A stretch of DNA of 63,843 bases, filler included, from Kipferlia bialata (GCA_003568945.1; 4 parts of 4 records of this genome joined end to end with filler, not necessarily neighbours in it); one strand, 5' to 3'; shown: positions 13,352 to 27,003, numbered from the whole stretch's first letter. Translations and numbers: made by a program. The notes: a model not told the origin generated them from the letters alone.

Positions 13352-13495
13352 CTGATAGGAGCTAGAGACAGTTGTGTCTGTGGGTGAGACAGATGTACGT
13401 GGAGTGTAAGGTTGTATTTACGGAGGACTTCTGATCCTTCTCCCGATATGTTTTGTGTGGGTGACTACCTGTGACTTGGTCACCCTTGACCTGGG

Positions 13496-13537
<42 letters not shown>

Positions 13538-13777
13538 CAGGTCATATCCTGACTGGAATGGCCCCATTTGATAGCTACTTCTGGACCACGGAGAATAGAA
13601 TTGTATTTGACTTCTTACATATTGTGTATTCATATTCATATAATACGGTAGTCAGGCGACCAACAACACTTATCTCTTATACACATCTACATCTATTATA
13701 TACAACTACATCTTCCTATGAGATCACACTGCCCACTCCTGTCACTGTCTGGTAGTACGGAGTCCCTATCACTCCTA

Positions 13778-14156
13778 TCACTCCTCGTGCAGCCTCAGCT
13801 CTGCCACGATCAGGTGCACACCCTGCAGCTGGTCAGAGTGCTGCTTGGCGGCGTCAGCATCTATGAAGCAGCGCCTAGAGTTAGGGGGAGGGGGGGGGAC
13901 ACACCAAGTGATGGCGTATCATGTCATCAATACAATATACAAATTCCTTACTCTAAACTACTCACCTGGGTGCAGACACTGTGGTGGGAGGGGGGGTGCA
14001 ACCGGCAAGGAGGTCCCTGAGGTCCTGGGGGTGAGGGATAGGGGCATGTATGAGTAGAGTAGCAGATATGTCCTCCCCACCTGTCTGAAGAGAGTGAGCC
14101 TGGCCACCCGGCTGATGCTGTCACTACCCAGGGAAGCAGTCATGCCCTTCTTGGCC
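13778..14156 (-). CDS. Last three exons of a gene running into the gap; possible ADAT1/Tad1-type adenosine deaminase C-terminus
   Basis: Spliced RAKKGMTASLGSDSISRVARLTLFRQ|DLRDLLAGCT...|RCFIDADAAKQHSDQLQ...stop. The spacing G..SRxxRxxLF ... AK loosely recalls the ADAT/ADAR C-terminus; catalytic motifs are not visible. Confidence 0.35.
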
Positions 14157-14199
14157 CTGGGGGTCAGGGGGGGGGGGGGGGTTTTTTTGCTGTATATAA

Positions 14200-14711
14200 N
14201 NNNNNNNNNNNNNNNNNNNNNNNNNNNNNNNNNNNNNNNNNNNNNNNNNNNNNNNNNNNNNNNNNNNNNNNNNNNNNNNNNNNNNNNNNNNNNNNNNNNN
14301 NNNNNNNNNNNNNNNNNNNNNNNNNNNNNNNNNNNNNNNNNNNNNNNNNNNNNNNNNNNNNNNNNNNNNNNNNNNNNNNNNNNNNNNNNNNNNNNNNNNN
14401 NNNNNNNNNNNNNNNNNNNNNNNNNNNNNNNNNNNNNNNNNNNNNNNNNNNNNNNNNNNNNNNNNNNNNNNNNNNNNNNNNNNNNNNNNNNNNNNNNNNN
14501 NNNNNNNNNNNNNNNNNNNNNNNNNNNNNNNNNNNNNNNNNNNNNNNNNNNNNNNNNNNNNNNNNNNNNNNNNNNNNNNNNNNNNNNNNNNNNNNNNNNN
14601 NNNNNNNNNNNNNNNNNNNNNNNNNNNNNNNNNNNNNNNNNNNNNNNNNNNNNNNNNNNNNNNNNNNNNNNNNNNNNNNNNNNNNNNNNNNNNNNNNNNN
14701 NNNNNNNNNNN
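14200..14711. other. Assembly gap
   Basis: Run of N. Confidence 1.
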
Positions 14712-14813
14712 CCCCCCCCCATCTCTCTCTTAATAATATCTTCTTCCTATCTCTCTCTACCTCAATCCTCCTTCCCTTTGTGTCTCCCCTCACCTCATGC
14801 CTCCCTCCCATAG

Positions 14814-17035
14814 TGCACTGTTCCTGCGGCATAAATGTGTTTGCAGCAGTGTCTGCAAGGGGGAAGCTCTTCACATGGGTACGTCAGTGACTACAGATTC
14901 ATTTGTATCACGTGTACACATGTCACTTCCCTCTGTGATGCCCGTGTTAGAACCCCTACTCTAACACAGGGTCGTAACACAGATGGAAGACTGGGAACTG
15001 GGGATACAGGTGCGACATTCAAATGTGTAAGAATAGTGTGTAAACACTTGTTTGGTGTTGATCAATAATCTCATCTCTAGAAATGCGCACCTCCCCCTAT
15101 GAGGTCCCCTTCGATGCCTCTATTAAGGTGGCTCAGGTGGCAGTCGGGGATACACACACAGGTGGGAGGAATGGAGTGAGTGCAGAGCACATCTATTGTT
15201 ACACCATAGTATGTAACTGCCCCCACCTCACCCCCAGCATGTATCACATCTGATGGGTCGCTTTACACATGGGGCACAGCGAGGCAGGTGGGTACCCGTC
15301 TGTCATTCTTTTCCTAGTCACCACCTGCCAATATACAGTTTACCCTAAATTCGTGTATGTCTTCTCCCCCCAGGGATGTTGTGCCGATGGTAACTTGTCC
15401 ACCCACAAGATACTGACACCTTACAAGGTCTCTCACCGTGATGGGTCCCCTGTGTCAGACGCAGTGCAGGTAGGGGATAGTCAGACAGCAAGGACGAGCC
15501 TCACCTGTTGTGTTACTGCTTGAAGTATATGATAGGGATGGTATTCCAATGCACTGATACCCTCCACCCTCACCTGTCCAGATCCAGTGTTCCTCCCACC
15601 TCACCCTGGTTCTGACCTCTGATGGCACTGTCTATTCGTGTGGGGGAGGGGACTTCGGCAGACTGGGGACAGGCTCCAAGGACGCATGTGCATGGCTCAC
15701 AAAGGTATGTATGAACCATGACACCTGTGTTTGTTCCCCAATACCCACTGTAGGTTGACCCACTCCCCAAGTGCCGGTCCATAACAGCTGGGTCTCTCTA
15801 TGCTGCAGCAATCACTGCTGCACCATACTCTGGTGCATCATCTACTGAGGAACAAGACCTATCAACCAATGTCCCTAGTCTGGATACAACTGTGGGGTCG
15901 GATGAGACTGGGGGTGATCTCTATATGTGGGGTGAGTGGTAGTCGAATGCTGAGATTTATTGATTTGGTATGTCTGTGTCTCACATACCAGGCTGCAACA
16001 CCTCTGGGGCCCTTGGTCTAGGCCACAGGAGGCATCGGACTAGACCCACCAGGGTAGACATGCCTGTGGGTGTGGTGGATGTGGGGTGCACAAAGGGACA
16101 GGTACCTGGGAATGGTACCGAGAAGACAACAATATGTTATGGGTGTGTATTCTTGGTTCCCTTACCCCCAGGTGCACCCCCGACACCACCAGGGCAAGAA
16201 CCTACCAGGGTCAGAGGGTAGGGAGTGTCATTGCCTGTCTATACTATCTATAATACAGTATCCGCATGTTACCCCTTCCATCATCCCTACCCAGGCCAGC
16301 ACACCCTGATGGCTGGTTCAGACGGGTGTCTCTACACATGTGGCACGGCACACAAGGGGATGCTGGGCAACTACAACATGAAGGTATACTCAAGATACCA
16401 GATGGAGTTGTCAGCGGAATGAGGGGGCAATGAAGCATTTAGTATCTACTGTATATATACACATGACTGACTGCAGGTCTTCTGTCCCTCCGATGGTGAT
16501 GAGTTGACCCCCTATAGAGTTGGGTCTAGAACCAGAGACGGCAAGAACCCCAAGTACCTAGAGGGCAAGAGGGTGACGCAGGTTGGTGACATTACCAGCT
16601 ACCAATTCTATTCTACATATGTGGTTAATATCTTTCCTACCACCCCAGGTCTGCAGCGCCCACATCCACTCCTACCTGGCCTCTGAGGATGGGTACATGT
16701 ACACATTTGGATGTGGCAGCAATGGAAGGTAGGGAGTAGCAGTATGTGGTCACAATGCATTGTCTGTACCATTCCCACCCCCATCCCAGATGTGGTGTCG
16801 ATGCCTATCCTCACGGGGTGCACGGTACAAAGTCACGGCTCAAGTGCTACCTTTTCAGTCCGCACCGACTAGATAGTGTCCAGGTGCAGATAGTACTGTG
16901 ACTGATATTCCTGTTCATATATACTACACGATCTATTACTCCGGATATCTCTCTCTCTAACACTAGGACAAGCATGCACACTTCATATGCGTGTCTCGAT
17001 ACAACTCAATGGCCATTATGGGTCCCAGGGAATGA
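14814..17035 (+). CDS. RCC1-repeat beta-propeller protein (5' end in gap)
   Basis: Repeated RCC1 blades: GKLFTW|GRNTDGRLGTG, QVAVGDTHT|ACITSDGSLYTWG, LTSDGTVYSCGEGDFGRLG, GCNTSGALGLG, DGCLYTCG, EDGYMYTFGCGSNGR. Stop at 17033-17035. Confidence 0.9.
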
Positions 17036-17276
17036 GAGGCCTCCTGCTCACCGATGGTCCTCTCAACCAAACGATTCTGTGAGACTAGATACAGATACTA
17101 GAGTCCTCCCATTTACCCTTGTACCAAGGGAGCAGCTATACCTTGATTGGTTCTGTCCCTACCCCCACGTCTGTCCAACCCATTTCTCACAGCATTCAGT
17201 CAACGTCACTAAAATCACTAAGATCCTCGCCTGGAGATAAGGAGGCATAATAGGGCATGCAGATCAGGATATGAAC

Positions 17277-18359
17277 TCAAATTAATGTCTTCAGACTCAT
17301 ACCGTCCGATATACTGCCTCCAAACATTAGAGCCATGGCTTCTCTCAAGTGTCCATTGGTCTCTCTCTCCCTCTCTGGCTTTGCGTCTGTCTTTGTCTTG
17401 GACTGGGAGGCGGGCTTCCTCTTGACCTAGGGGTTGGGTGCACGCACGTAGCTATAAAACGAGTGGCCATATTACATACTGAACTGCGACTATGTGTCGA
17501 GGGCGAGATACCTTAGGGGGTGTAGGGGCATTGCGCTCTAGCGCCTTGATGCTTTTCTCCAGCTCTGCAATATCAGCACGCATCTTGGTTTCCCTCGCTG
17601 TGCCAGCACTTATCTGTAGTAAGAACTAACTCACTGACTGTATTCACAATAGACAGGCTCGAAAGGTTAATCTGAAGAGCACAAAGTCGACAAAGTACCT
17701 CCTTATCCTTATCGTCCAGGTCTCTCCTCAAGCGGTATATCTCTGCCTCCCGTGCCAGCACCTGCTGCCTCTGTCTCACTTCCTGTCTCTTATACTCAGA
17801 CACATCTGCCTGTGCCTCATTACGCTGCTTCATATACCGTGTGCTCCTCTCCTAGGGTCAGACACCCACACGTACATATATGTATGTATATATCTAGGAA
17901 GATGTACCTTCAGGGCTACTATGTCCAGCGCCTGTTTCTCCAGTTGCCTCTTTCTGGGGTCAAAGACAGTACACGTGGGTGTGTTTGGGGGGGGGGGGGA
18001 ATAACTACAGTGCATACAAAACATGTCCACATCTATAAAGCAACCCCCCACTTCTGTGCTATCTCCCTGGTGGCCATCTGTATCACAAAGCTGTCACTGG
18101 ACTTGGGTGCACGAGTAGGGGCATGTGTGGCAGGCACTGCAACGGGGGATGGCACAGGACGTGCAGCAGGCACAGGGTCAGTGGATACCCCATCCCCACC
18201 CCTCCTGGTCTCGGGTGCCTGTCCCTGTATCTGTCCAGCAGGTGCATCCAAGGCCCCAGCACTCAGTACAGGCAGCAGATCTAAGATGGAAGGTGCCACT
18301 CGAGTAGGCCTTCTCTTGACAGAGGGACTGCCGCTCAGACCCACCCCACATCCTGGCAT
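17277..18359 (-). CDS. Hypothetical coiled-coil protein (about 5 exons)
   Basis: In-frame splicing gives a Pro-rich N-terminus, then KRQLEKQALDIVALK|ERSTRYMKQRNEAQADVSEYKRQE...LDDKDKE|...ADIAELEKSIKALE. Confidence 0.6.
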
Positions 18360-18970
18360 GGGTCTCTAGGGACCCTTGGTAGTGCTGTCTCTGCATATAT
18401 GAGAGGAGAGTGGTGAGGAGAGACGTGACACATACTAGGGACAGAGAGTATGGTGTCTAGGTGTGCAAGGAAGAAGGGGCGGGGGGGGGGGCAGAGACAC
18501 AGATAATACCAGCTAAGTCGTGACGAGAGAAGGTCAAGCCTTACTCTGTTAAGGCAGAGTGACAGTCAGCCTTATGATCTCTATCGAAGACAGCATTAAT
18601 GCCTTTAATCATGTAGTTTTAAAACTGATCAACGGTAACAGATGCAATCACGTGAGTTCACTGCTTCACACTTACCTGAACCGAAGAATACTGTGGAAGC
18701 CCCAATGAAAGAGTTGCAACCTGGGTCACTCGTCAAATTTGTTGGTGGTCAGAATGAGGGTCCAGACTTGGACTCGATGACCGATGATTGGTCAACATTA
18801 ATCCTCAGCATCTCCCACCAGTCACACGTGCCGGTTAGACAGCTGAAAAGGTGGAGGGGCCACCTCAAAGAGAGTGTAAGTGGGCCCTGGTGCTTTGTGA
18901 ATATTGAAACCCCATCAACGTTAATTCTCTATTCTGTCTCAGTGAGACTCTCTCACTACTACCCCGTGCC

Positions 18971-20010
18971 TCAGAATATCTTCTTGCTGAGCACTGCGTG
19001 GTTCTCCACGAGCATGTAGAAGCACCAGACGGTGAGTGCGGTGTGGATGCCCCTGTACACCCAGATGAGGTCCTTGGGCTTGATGACTGGGGTGGGAGGG
19101 GAGAGGGGTATTGTGTGTTATGGAGAGTGGTAAACAGAGACGACACCCCCTTACCTAGTATGGGTCCCTTTCCCTCTCTCTTTCTCTTGTTGGTGGACCT
19201 TGCGTAGTACTTGGTGGACCAGAAGAGGACACCGGAGACACAGATGGCTGGGGGTAAGGATAGATAGTGGAGTGGAGTGGAGGGACACCAACACAGAGTA
19301 AGATGAAAGCAACAATGCAGAGAGTCACCCCCTACCTATCATGATGAACACTCCGTTCCAGCCACCACCGGCGAATCCCTTGCGGTGGTCGAGAGAACAG
19401 TTCCAGAGCCTGGGTGAGAAGAGTGCGACAACGGAAGAGAAGGAAAAGAGAGTAAAGAAGGAGAGTAAAGAAGGAGAGTAAATGAGGAGAGAGGGAGAGA
19501 TACTCACTCGAGGTGGTATATGGCGGCTCCAACAGACACGACTGAGCACAGGATGTGGATACCCAGCACGATGCTGCGAGATATGGAGAGGGGGTGCTTC
19601 CTGAGTGTGAGGTAGACACCACGGAGGGGTGTCGGGGGGGAGGGGGGAGAGAAGTGGGGGGGGGGGGGGGGGGGGATGAGAGAGAGAGACAATGGTACGC
19701 CATTCAAACATACCTGTGCAGCACCCTGTCAATGTCGAAGCACGTCCTGTTGAGTGCATCTTCGAGTGCCCTGAGCATAAGAATGATATATATATATATA
19801 CATACATACTTGAGTATGATAGTGACTATAGAGACACATTTTCTGCTTCCTATGCACGGAGAGAACAGTTCCTCATCAATAGATATACCTCGACTGTTGC
19901 ACTGCCAGATGCTGCATGGCAGGAGGATGCTGTGAGCACGCAACAGAGGTACTTGGCTTGGGGAGACTTGGCCTAACCCAAACACTGATCCCCTGGACCC
20001 TTCTGGTCAT
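18971..20010 (-). CDS. Hypothetical small membrane protein (3-4 TM)
   Basis: Exons encode SIVLGIHILCSVVSVGAAIYHLE, GGWNGVFIMIG, AICVSGVLFWSTKYY and LIWVYRGIHTALTVWCFYMLV with stop at 18971. The 5' structure is uncertain around a poly-G run. Confidence 0.5.
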
Positions 20011-20458
20011 TTTTGCATTGCCAAACCCTTTTGCACTATCAAAAACTGTGGTACGAGTTACCTCTCTATCATCGTGTATTTGCTGCAGACTGCCAGGTGA
20101 GGCGTACCAGTGTCGTATATTGGACAACTGGACATGCATTTACCATATATATCGTTACGGAGTGTGTTACATAGGGTTAAGGCGATACTGGATGTGAATT
20201 GGGAACATGTCATTCTAGACATTTACCAATCGCATGAATGATAGTCTCTTGCACGTTCCCAACATAAGAATACTTATGATAATGTTAGCAGGCAGTTTAT
20301 GTGGGCTGGAGGGGTGTGTAACGGAGGGTAATAGCTAGTGTTCCACCCTAACAAGTCACTTGTGATGATCACGTAGTGATTCCATTTATACAGTGGGTTC
20401 CCACCCTCATCCCAGAACATACATTCCAACCAATCCGAGTATCCAGCTTCCTGCTTTG

Positions 20459-23400
20459 ATGAGTGGGACCAGTATGGAGTGCGGTATCTGTCTTGATGGT
20501 GGGTATATATATGAATTGTTGCGAGGCTGGATCTTTGAGCTTTTTGTCTGGGTATCTAGACCCTTCTTTCAGACTGCTTTTCCTCCATTCATATAACTTC
20601 TCTCCGTTACTTTGTCTCTACTGAGACCCAGACGACCCTGACAAGCACTTTGTCGTGACCCCCTGCCAGCATGCATTCCACGAGTCGTGTCTGGAGCAGT
20701 GGTTCCAGACTGAGAAGCCTGGCTATGCAGATACCCAGAGCGGGTGTCCGCAGTGCAGGGTGGAGTGTGACATGTCTCAGTGCACAGCTCTATCTGACAC
20801 AGATGCAGGTGTCACTGTCCTGGGACAGGTGGGTTCATAGGATATGTGCTCACCTGTATATATATATATATACGTATATATATATATAGTCATACAGTGA
20901 TATGATATCTCATGTCAGGCTGGCAAGGATGTCGCCTCTCAGCCTTCTAGAGACAGAGCACCAGTCCCCAGAGAACTTCGTGCTGGCACTAGGGAAAGAA
21001 GACACCTCACTGAGAAGATCAAGCGCATTCTAGTGGGGCCCTACACCTACACCAACGGCGAAGTCTACGAGGGTGGGTGGAGCGGTCTGGAGAGGGCAGG
21101 GTATGGTGTATGTACCTACCCAGATGGGGATGTGTATGATGGAGAGTGGTCCCAGGACCTATACTGGGGATACGGCACCCTGACTGACTCTGACGGTGAC
21201 TACCTCTCAGGGTTGTGGGAAGAGGGGAGTCTCGTGGTACAGGTTGGTGACCTCCTATCAATACTATAATGCAGAGTAGAGGGCTCTCTAGTATAGAGTC
21301 TACATGCGGTGGTCTCGAGAATGCGACCTTGTCACTATATATTATAGTCTATACTGTAGATATAACTGCATACATATCATGAACTCACCCGCCAGATGTC
21401 TCTGGTGACAATGCGGCTTGAACAGTGCATGAGAGATGGAGGGAAAATGGTAAGAAATTAAGCATTTGTGCTACTTCATGTGTAATATATTATATATATA
21501 TCGTTGTAATCATCTTTACCATTTGGCTCTCTCTGACTCAGTTGAACCTGAATGGGAAGGTGGAGGGAGACTCAGGCGCCATCACTCTCGCACATTCACT
21601 CCACCTGGTGCCTAACCTTAGGGAGGTGGGTGTTTAGAATATGGTATAGAGCGATTATACCTAATAGCTAGTGTGGGAAGGTGTCAAAGGCAAAGGAGAG
21701 GTACTAGAGATAGAATATGTCCTATATAGGCTTCAAGCCTTTGATTTGTACTATCATGGAGCATGATTTATGCTTCTCCATTGCCCACTGACTTGACATC
21801 ACTGGTTGACCTCATCCCGCAGGTACATTGGCTCCTCTCTACATATTCCCATTCATACATATTCATTTCATGGTGTATCTTACAGTCAGCTGGATCTTGC
21901 AGATAACAACATCACTGCTGATGGGGCTGCCACCATTGGCCGGGCATTGCACTATGTTCCCAGTCTGGTGTCGGTGGGTTATGGTCTGTATCCGATATAG
22001 ACATATAGTACAGTCTAAGTGGTCCTGTTGAGCACTATATCTAGAATGCATACGTATGTATGCTTCTCAGTCATGTCTAATCCAGCTGAATCTGGCGGCC
22101 CAGTTCATTGGAGACGCCGGCGTTGCTACCTTGGCCCAGTCGCTTCATATGGTGCCCTCACTATTAGTGGTGCGTGCGTTGTTCATACACTGGATTATGC
22201 ATTGCTCCCACAAGTGATATTTCCTTTATAGCTTTCCTATGGTACAATAGTGCTGTAACAGTACAACTCAATGCCTACTCGATGTAATCAGTAGATGACG
22301 CGTATTGACATGGTATTGAACACCAGCAACATATGGCAGACATCCTAATATCCAGCTGTCCCTTCAAGATAACGGCATAACTGCCATTGGGGCGACGTCA
22401 CTGGCGGAGTCCCTATATCGCGTACCCAGTCTATCTCAGGTAGGTGAAAGTGGGCAGGTGTATTCACCACATACACCATATACCGTATATGATATACTTA
22501 GTACAGTGACTGTACTACAGTCTCTCAAATTTGGCGATACCTAAACGTTCAGGGGTTGTATGCAATTGTGTTGTATCATATAACTTGTACACGTCATGCA
22601 CTACATGCTAGAGAACTGTATCTCACACAGCTGGAAATGGATAGTAACCCAATTGGAGACCCCGGGGCTCTGTCACTAGTAAGTGCTATTCCCAAGCTCC
22701 ACGAACTCTATGTGGTGAGTGCCGTCCTAGCACTCGTGGGTGTTTGGTTTCCTTGTGACATATATGCGTCTTTGCAGTTTGTCACAGTAATAAGGCCAAA
22801 TATTGTAAGGTTCTTACTCTAGCTCCGCCTGTACGACTGTGGTGTGTATGAGAGCATACGAGAGCGTGTTGTGGACATACAAGGTTGTTCTTACCCGGAA
22901 GAGAGGCAGTTTATGGTTGAGATCCTGCTAAAGGCAGACTGGGGTGAGGTACGTGTTATGCAGCTGTATACGTTGATGAAATGTATTTACTTGATGATAG
23001 CACTAGAAGCCCTTGACTTGCTTAAACATATGTCTATTATCTGGTATATGTACTTATGTAGAGCTCTGAGGCTAATCCTAGTTGGCACAGAGCCTGGAGA
23101 TGTTCTACTTAGAGTGCCAGAACAACACTATAACTGACAGTGTTAAGAAGTTCCATGATCACAGTGGTATAGAGGTATGTAAGATGCAATTCTAAGGTTC
23201 AGTATACTCCACTTTTCTACTCTTTATTGGTTACAGCATTTCTTTAGTAGTACCTATCACAATGACTCATTGTCACACACAACGGATTTGATGCAGTGCT
23301 ATATATTACATTATATTACGCATAGTAGTGCGTCGCATATGCATAATCTTAACATCCCAGTTTGATTTGTCGGAGTGCCACCTGAATGACAGTGATGTCA

Positions 23401-24490
23401 AGGATCTTGCACGGGCCCTGGTTGTTATGCCACAACTTGAGTCGGTGAGTGATACATACGGAAATACTATGCTGGTACTGGTGATGCTGTTACTCTAACA
23501 TTCTACTATTGCGGGTCCCCTTTAGAACACAAGCAGGTACAGTGAATCTATTTTCCATATACTTTAGAGACCTAGAAAACTTCACCTATATCAGTTCTGC
23601 ACCAACTACAATGACATTGGTGATGCTGGGGCCATAGCACTGGCACAGGCACTCCATCTCGTGCCTCACCTCACTGAGGTTAGTGCCTCTCAATTGATAT
23701 ACAATGTATATTATACATTGGATACACACTCAAATTGCCAATAGGGAGGGGAGAGCAAGTTGAAACTTCGTCTTCCTGTCATATAGACTACTTGATACCA
23801 TATGTATATATCTATTCAATGAATAGACTATTCATATGGTATACGAAGAATTTCATATACCCACTATATATATTCTGACTCAGCTGGAGCTCAATGACAA
23901 CCAAATAGGTGATGCAGGGGCACTCGCTGTGCTTCAGGCGCTTCACCATGTCCCAAGGCTAGAGCATGTGAGTACATTTCACATACTTTATAGTATATAG
24001 TATGGGATGAATAGTATATACGATATATACTATGTGCCATATATATAGTATTGAAGTACCATGTCTCACGGCTAGTGGAGGTGGGTCAATGCCACATGCG
24101 ATACATACGGAATACTCAGTATATAATATACTAGCTTTGATACTATATACAGTTTAAGTACACTACCTCTGAACAGTATATACTAATTCTGTAGGCTACA
24201 GAATCTGTAGCCTTCTTAATTCAGAATTAAGTTAATTCTTCACTACTATTCAAAGAGAACTAGGTTAGAACTGGTAGTACAGTTGAGTGAAATATGTCTC
24301 CAGATTCATGGTATTGTTGCAACCATATGAGTTGCACAGGTGGTATTCTGAGACCCAGTATAGTATTCCATATCTGACGCAGTTGAACTTGATGGCGAAC
24401 CCAATAGGAGACACTGTTGTTGCAGCAGTAGCTCAGGCCCGAGCAAGACTCCTACCGAGAACAAGCTGCGATAGATACAACTATTACTAG
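20459..24490 (+). CDS. RING-H2 + MORN repeats + RI-type LRR fusion protein (putative E3 ligase)
   Basis: CGICLD|...TPCQHAFHESCLEQW...CPQCR (C3H2C3), then YTYTNGEVYEGGW/YPDGDVYDGEW (MORN), then a phase-0 splice from 21242 to 21396 into at least 9 LRR exons. Confidence 0.75.
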
Positions 24491-24735
24491 CAATGCTTCC
24501 GAGAGAAGACAGGGGCTCTGTTCCTTTATAGTTGCATGACACCCTAGTTCAGTTCAAGATAATAGACAGTATTAATGCTTCAACGACTAGAATATATTCT
24601 GTATAACGATAACAGTCTATCCGAGAGTGCCTCAATGATTGAGCGCACTCTTAAGGTGTCTATACCCTACTATACTCTCTCTTTTCTCTCTTGGAGACAG
24701 ACTCTTTGCTCAACACCATGTATACAATGGTATCT

Positions 24736-25451
24736 CTAGATCATGTCCTCGTAGGCCCTCTCGCACAGCTCGGGGTGGTCCACGTAGGGGTTCCTTGCGA
24801 ATCAGTATCAATATGCATATATACTTGTATACATATATATATGCATAGAGAGAGAGAGAGAGAGGGTCCTACGGAGAGTCGAATACACACCTGTTTCCCT
24901 GGTGTGTCTCGACCCTGTCGTTCCTCTCAATGTCCCAGGCCACAACGGGGTAGTCCTCGTTCCACTGATATTGAGTAATTATTATATATTACTATCATTA
25001 CTTATATATATAGAGAGGGAGAAGAGAGCCATGGTGTAGTCCTCGTTCTACTGAGGGAAAGGGGGTAAAGGGAGAGAAAGATGGAAAGAGAGAGAGAGAG
25101 AGAGATGGAACATATGTAATAATTACCGTACCTGGATGAAGGTGTTGACGTCGCCAACCTTGCCCATGTGCTTGATGTACTGGGGGTACCTGAAATAAGG
25201 GTGTAGAGGGGGGAGAGAGAGAGAGAGAGAGAGAGAGACATAGTCCATGTGCTTGATGTACTGGGTACCTAGGTAAAAGAAGTATTTATAGTTATATACA
25301 TATATACAAATACATATGTAATTTGCAAAAAGAGAGAGAGAGACGGACTCACATTGTGTAGAAGTACAGGACGGCACGGGCAACAGTTCCCCTGGACTGT
25401 ACGTGGGGCTCCCAGGACTGGTATCAAGGAAAGTACGTGACAACAAGGGAG

Positions 25452-25483
<32 letters not shown>

Positions 25484-26018
25484 TAAACGCACAGTTGACT
25501 TCTTGACCCGGGACCAGTTGTCGATGTCAGACTCCTCGGGCTGGTGGGTGGTGATCTCACGCTGGTTGTACCTGGAATCAGTGGATGAACAGTCCTGGAT
25601 ACAATATATATTCAGGTAGACCTGACGTAGTCCTCCTGGTCTGGCATAACATCGATCAAATCTCCATGTGTTTACACTACATATATGTGTGCACTCACCA
25701 CTTGTAGACCTCCTAATCTGGGATGTTGGCAAAGGAGGAATTAGCCTCATATACTATATACAGGTATATGAATAGTACATAGTATACATAGTATACATAC
25801 ACTATATACACTGTACTCACCACTTGTAGACCTCCTCGTCCGGGATGTTGGCAAAGGGGTAGTTGGACCTGGGGGTGAGGACACTGATGGAATACTCAAG
25901 ACATATGTGTATATACTATGCATATACTCATACAGATATATGTATGTATAGATACCTGGCACTGTTTGCGTGGTCATAGGCAGGGCGCAGGTGGTGGAGG
26001 TCACACCTCATGGGGTTC
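24736..26018 (-). CDS. Endonuclease I / Bsn-type His-Me finger nuclease, bacterial family, split by introns (5' end in gap)
   Basis: Spliced: MRCDLHHLRPAYDHANSAR|SNYPF...|SWEPHVQSRGTVARAVLYFYTM|YP...|WNEDYPVVAWDIERNDRVETHQGNR|NPYVDHPE. These are the DLHHL.P..N..R, RG.VARA.LY and RN...QGNRNP.VD motifs of PF04231. Confidence 0.9.
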
Positions 26019-26177
26019 CTAGGCATAAGGGTATAGGGATAGATATATATACACACAGGCATGAATACATATGTNNNNNNNNNNNNNNNNNNNNNNNNNN
26101 NNNNNNNNNNNNNNNNNNTTAATTAATTAANNNNNNNNNNNNNNNNNNNNNNNNNNNNNNNNNNNNNNNNNNNNGGG

Positions 26178-26228
<51 letters not shown>

Positions 26229-26255
26229 AAGAAGGTGAGATAAGGATGTTCATAC

Positions 26256-26951
26256 CCTTGTGCTGAGCGATGCCCTTCTGCATGGGGGCTGGGAAGGCAG
26301 ACAGAGAGGCACGCTCAAGGTCGGACACTGGGGGTGAGGGCAAAGAGACACAGTCAACTGGGTATAGCCACTGTACAGGGGGGGGGGGAGAGGGAGAGAG
26401 ACAGAGAGGAACTCCCAAGGTTAAACAGTGCTAAGGTGGGTCAGGTTTATATACGTATGGGAATATGGGAGAAGGGGTCTGAGAGCAGGAAGAAGAACAG
26501 TCTGGATATATATCAACACTGATCACTCCCTACTCCACCACACACCTAGCAGCCTGGGTCCCTGTTGTGTGTGCAACTCTGCTATCTGCTCATCTGGGGT
26601 CAGTGTCTGAGATACATAGGACATATATATATACAAAGTCCAACACATGTCAAGACAACTGAACAGCCTCACAAGTACATCAAACAATAGACCATCTGTG
26701 TAGGGTACTGTATGTATATGTATCCCATCTGCAGGACAGTGGAGGATAGTATACATCCATCGAGATGAGTACCCACAGTCCCAAGTAGGGATCGGTATCG
26801 GTATCGGTGCCGACATGTATACAACTACCCAACAGCCAGTACCCCATGTCTCAAACATCCCCATATATATGTATATATGAATATATGGATAGTGCATCCA
26901 CCCCCACCTGCTGTCTGTGCCGACAGGAAGGCAAAGGTGCTCTTGCCCACA

Positions 26952-26956
<5 letters not shown>
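26256..26956 (-). CDS. Possible 5' exons of an unidentified gene
   Basis: Candidate exons MAVGKSTFAFLSAQTA, DEQIAELHTQQGPRLL and VSDLERASLSAFPAPMQKGIAQHK are each flanked by CCCCAG and/or GT sites. May or may not belong to the nuclease across the gap. Confidence 0.35.

Positions 26957-27003
<47 letters not shown>

Noticed and set aside
13958..14874. ORFs of ~240 aa spanning the N gap
   Set aside because: Artefacts of translating N.
18642..19019. 125-aa plus-strand ORF in intergenic DNA
   Set aside because: No motifs, overlaps the end of a minus-strand gene and has no supporting splice structure.
24188..24240. Overlapping short palindromes in an LRR-gene intron
   Set aside because: Short, AT-rich and single copy in this window; no target-site duplication identified.
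26119..26130. TTAATTAATTAA between N runs (also 52256-52267 and 58390-58401)
   Set aside because: An identical all-frame stop linker inside gaps is an artificial scaffolding spacer, not biology. Adjacency across these gaps is therefore uncertain.
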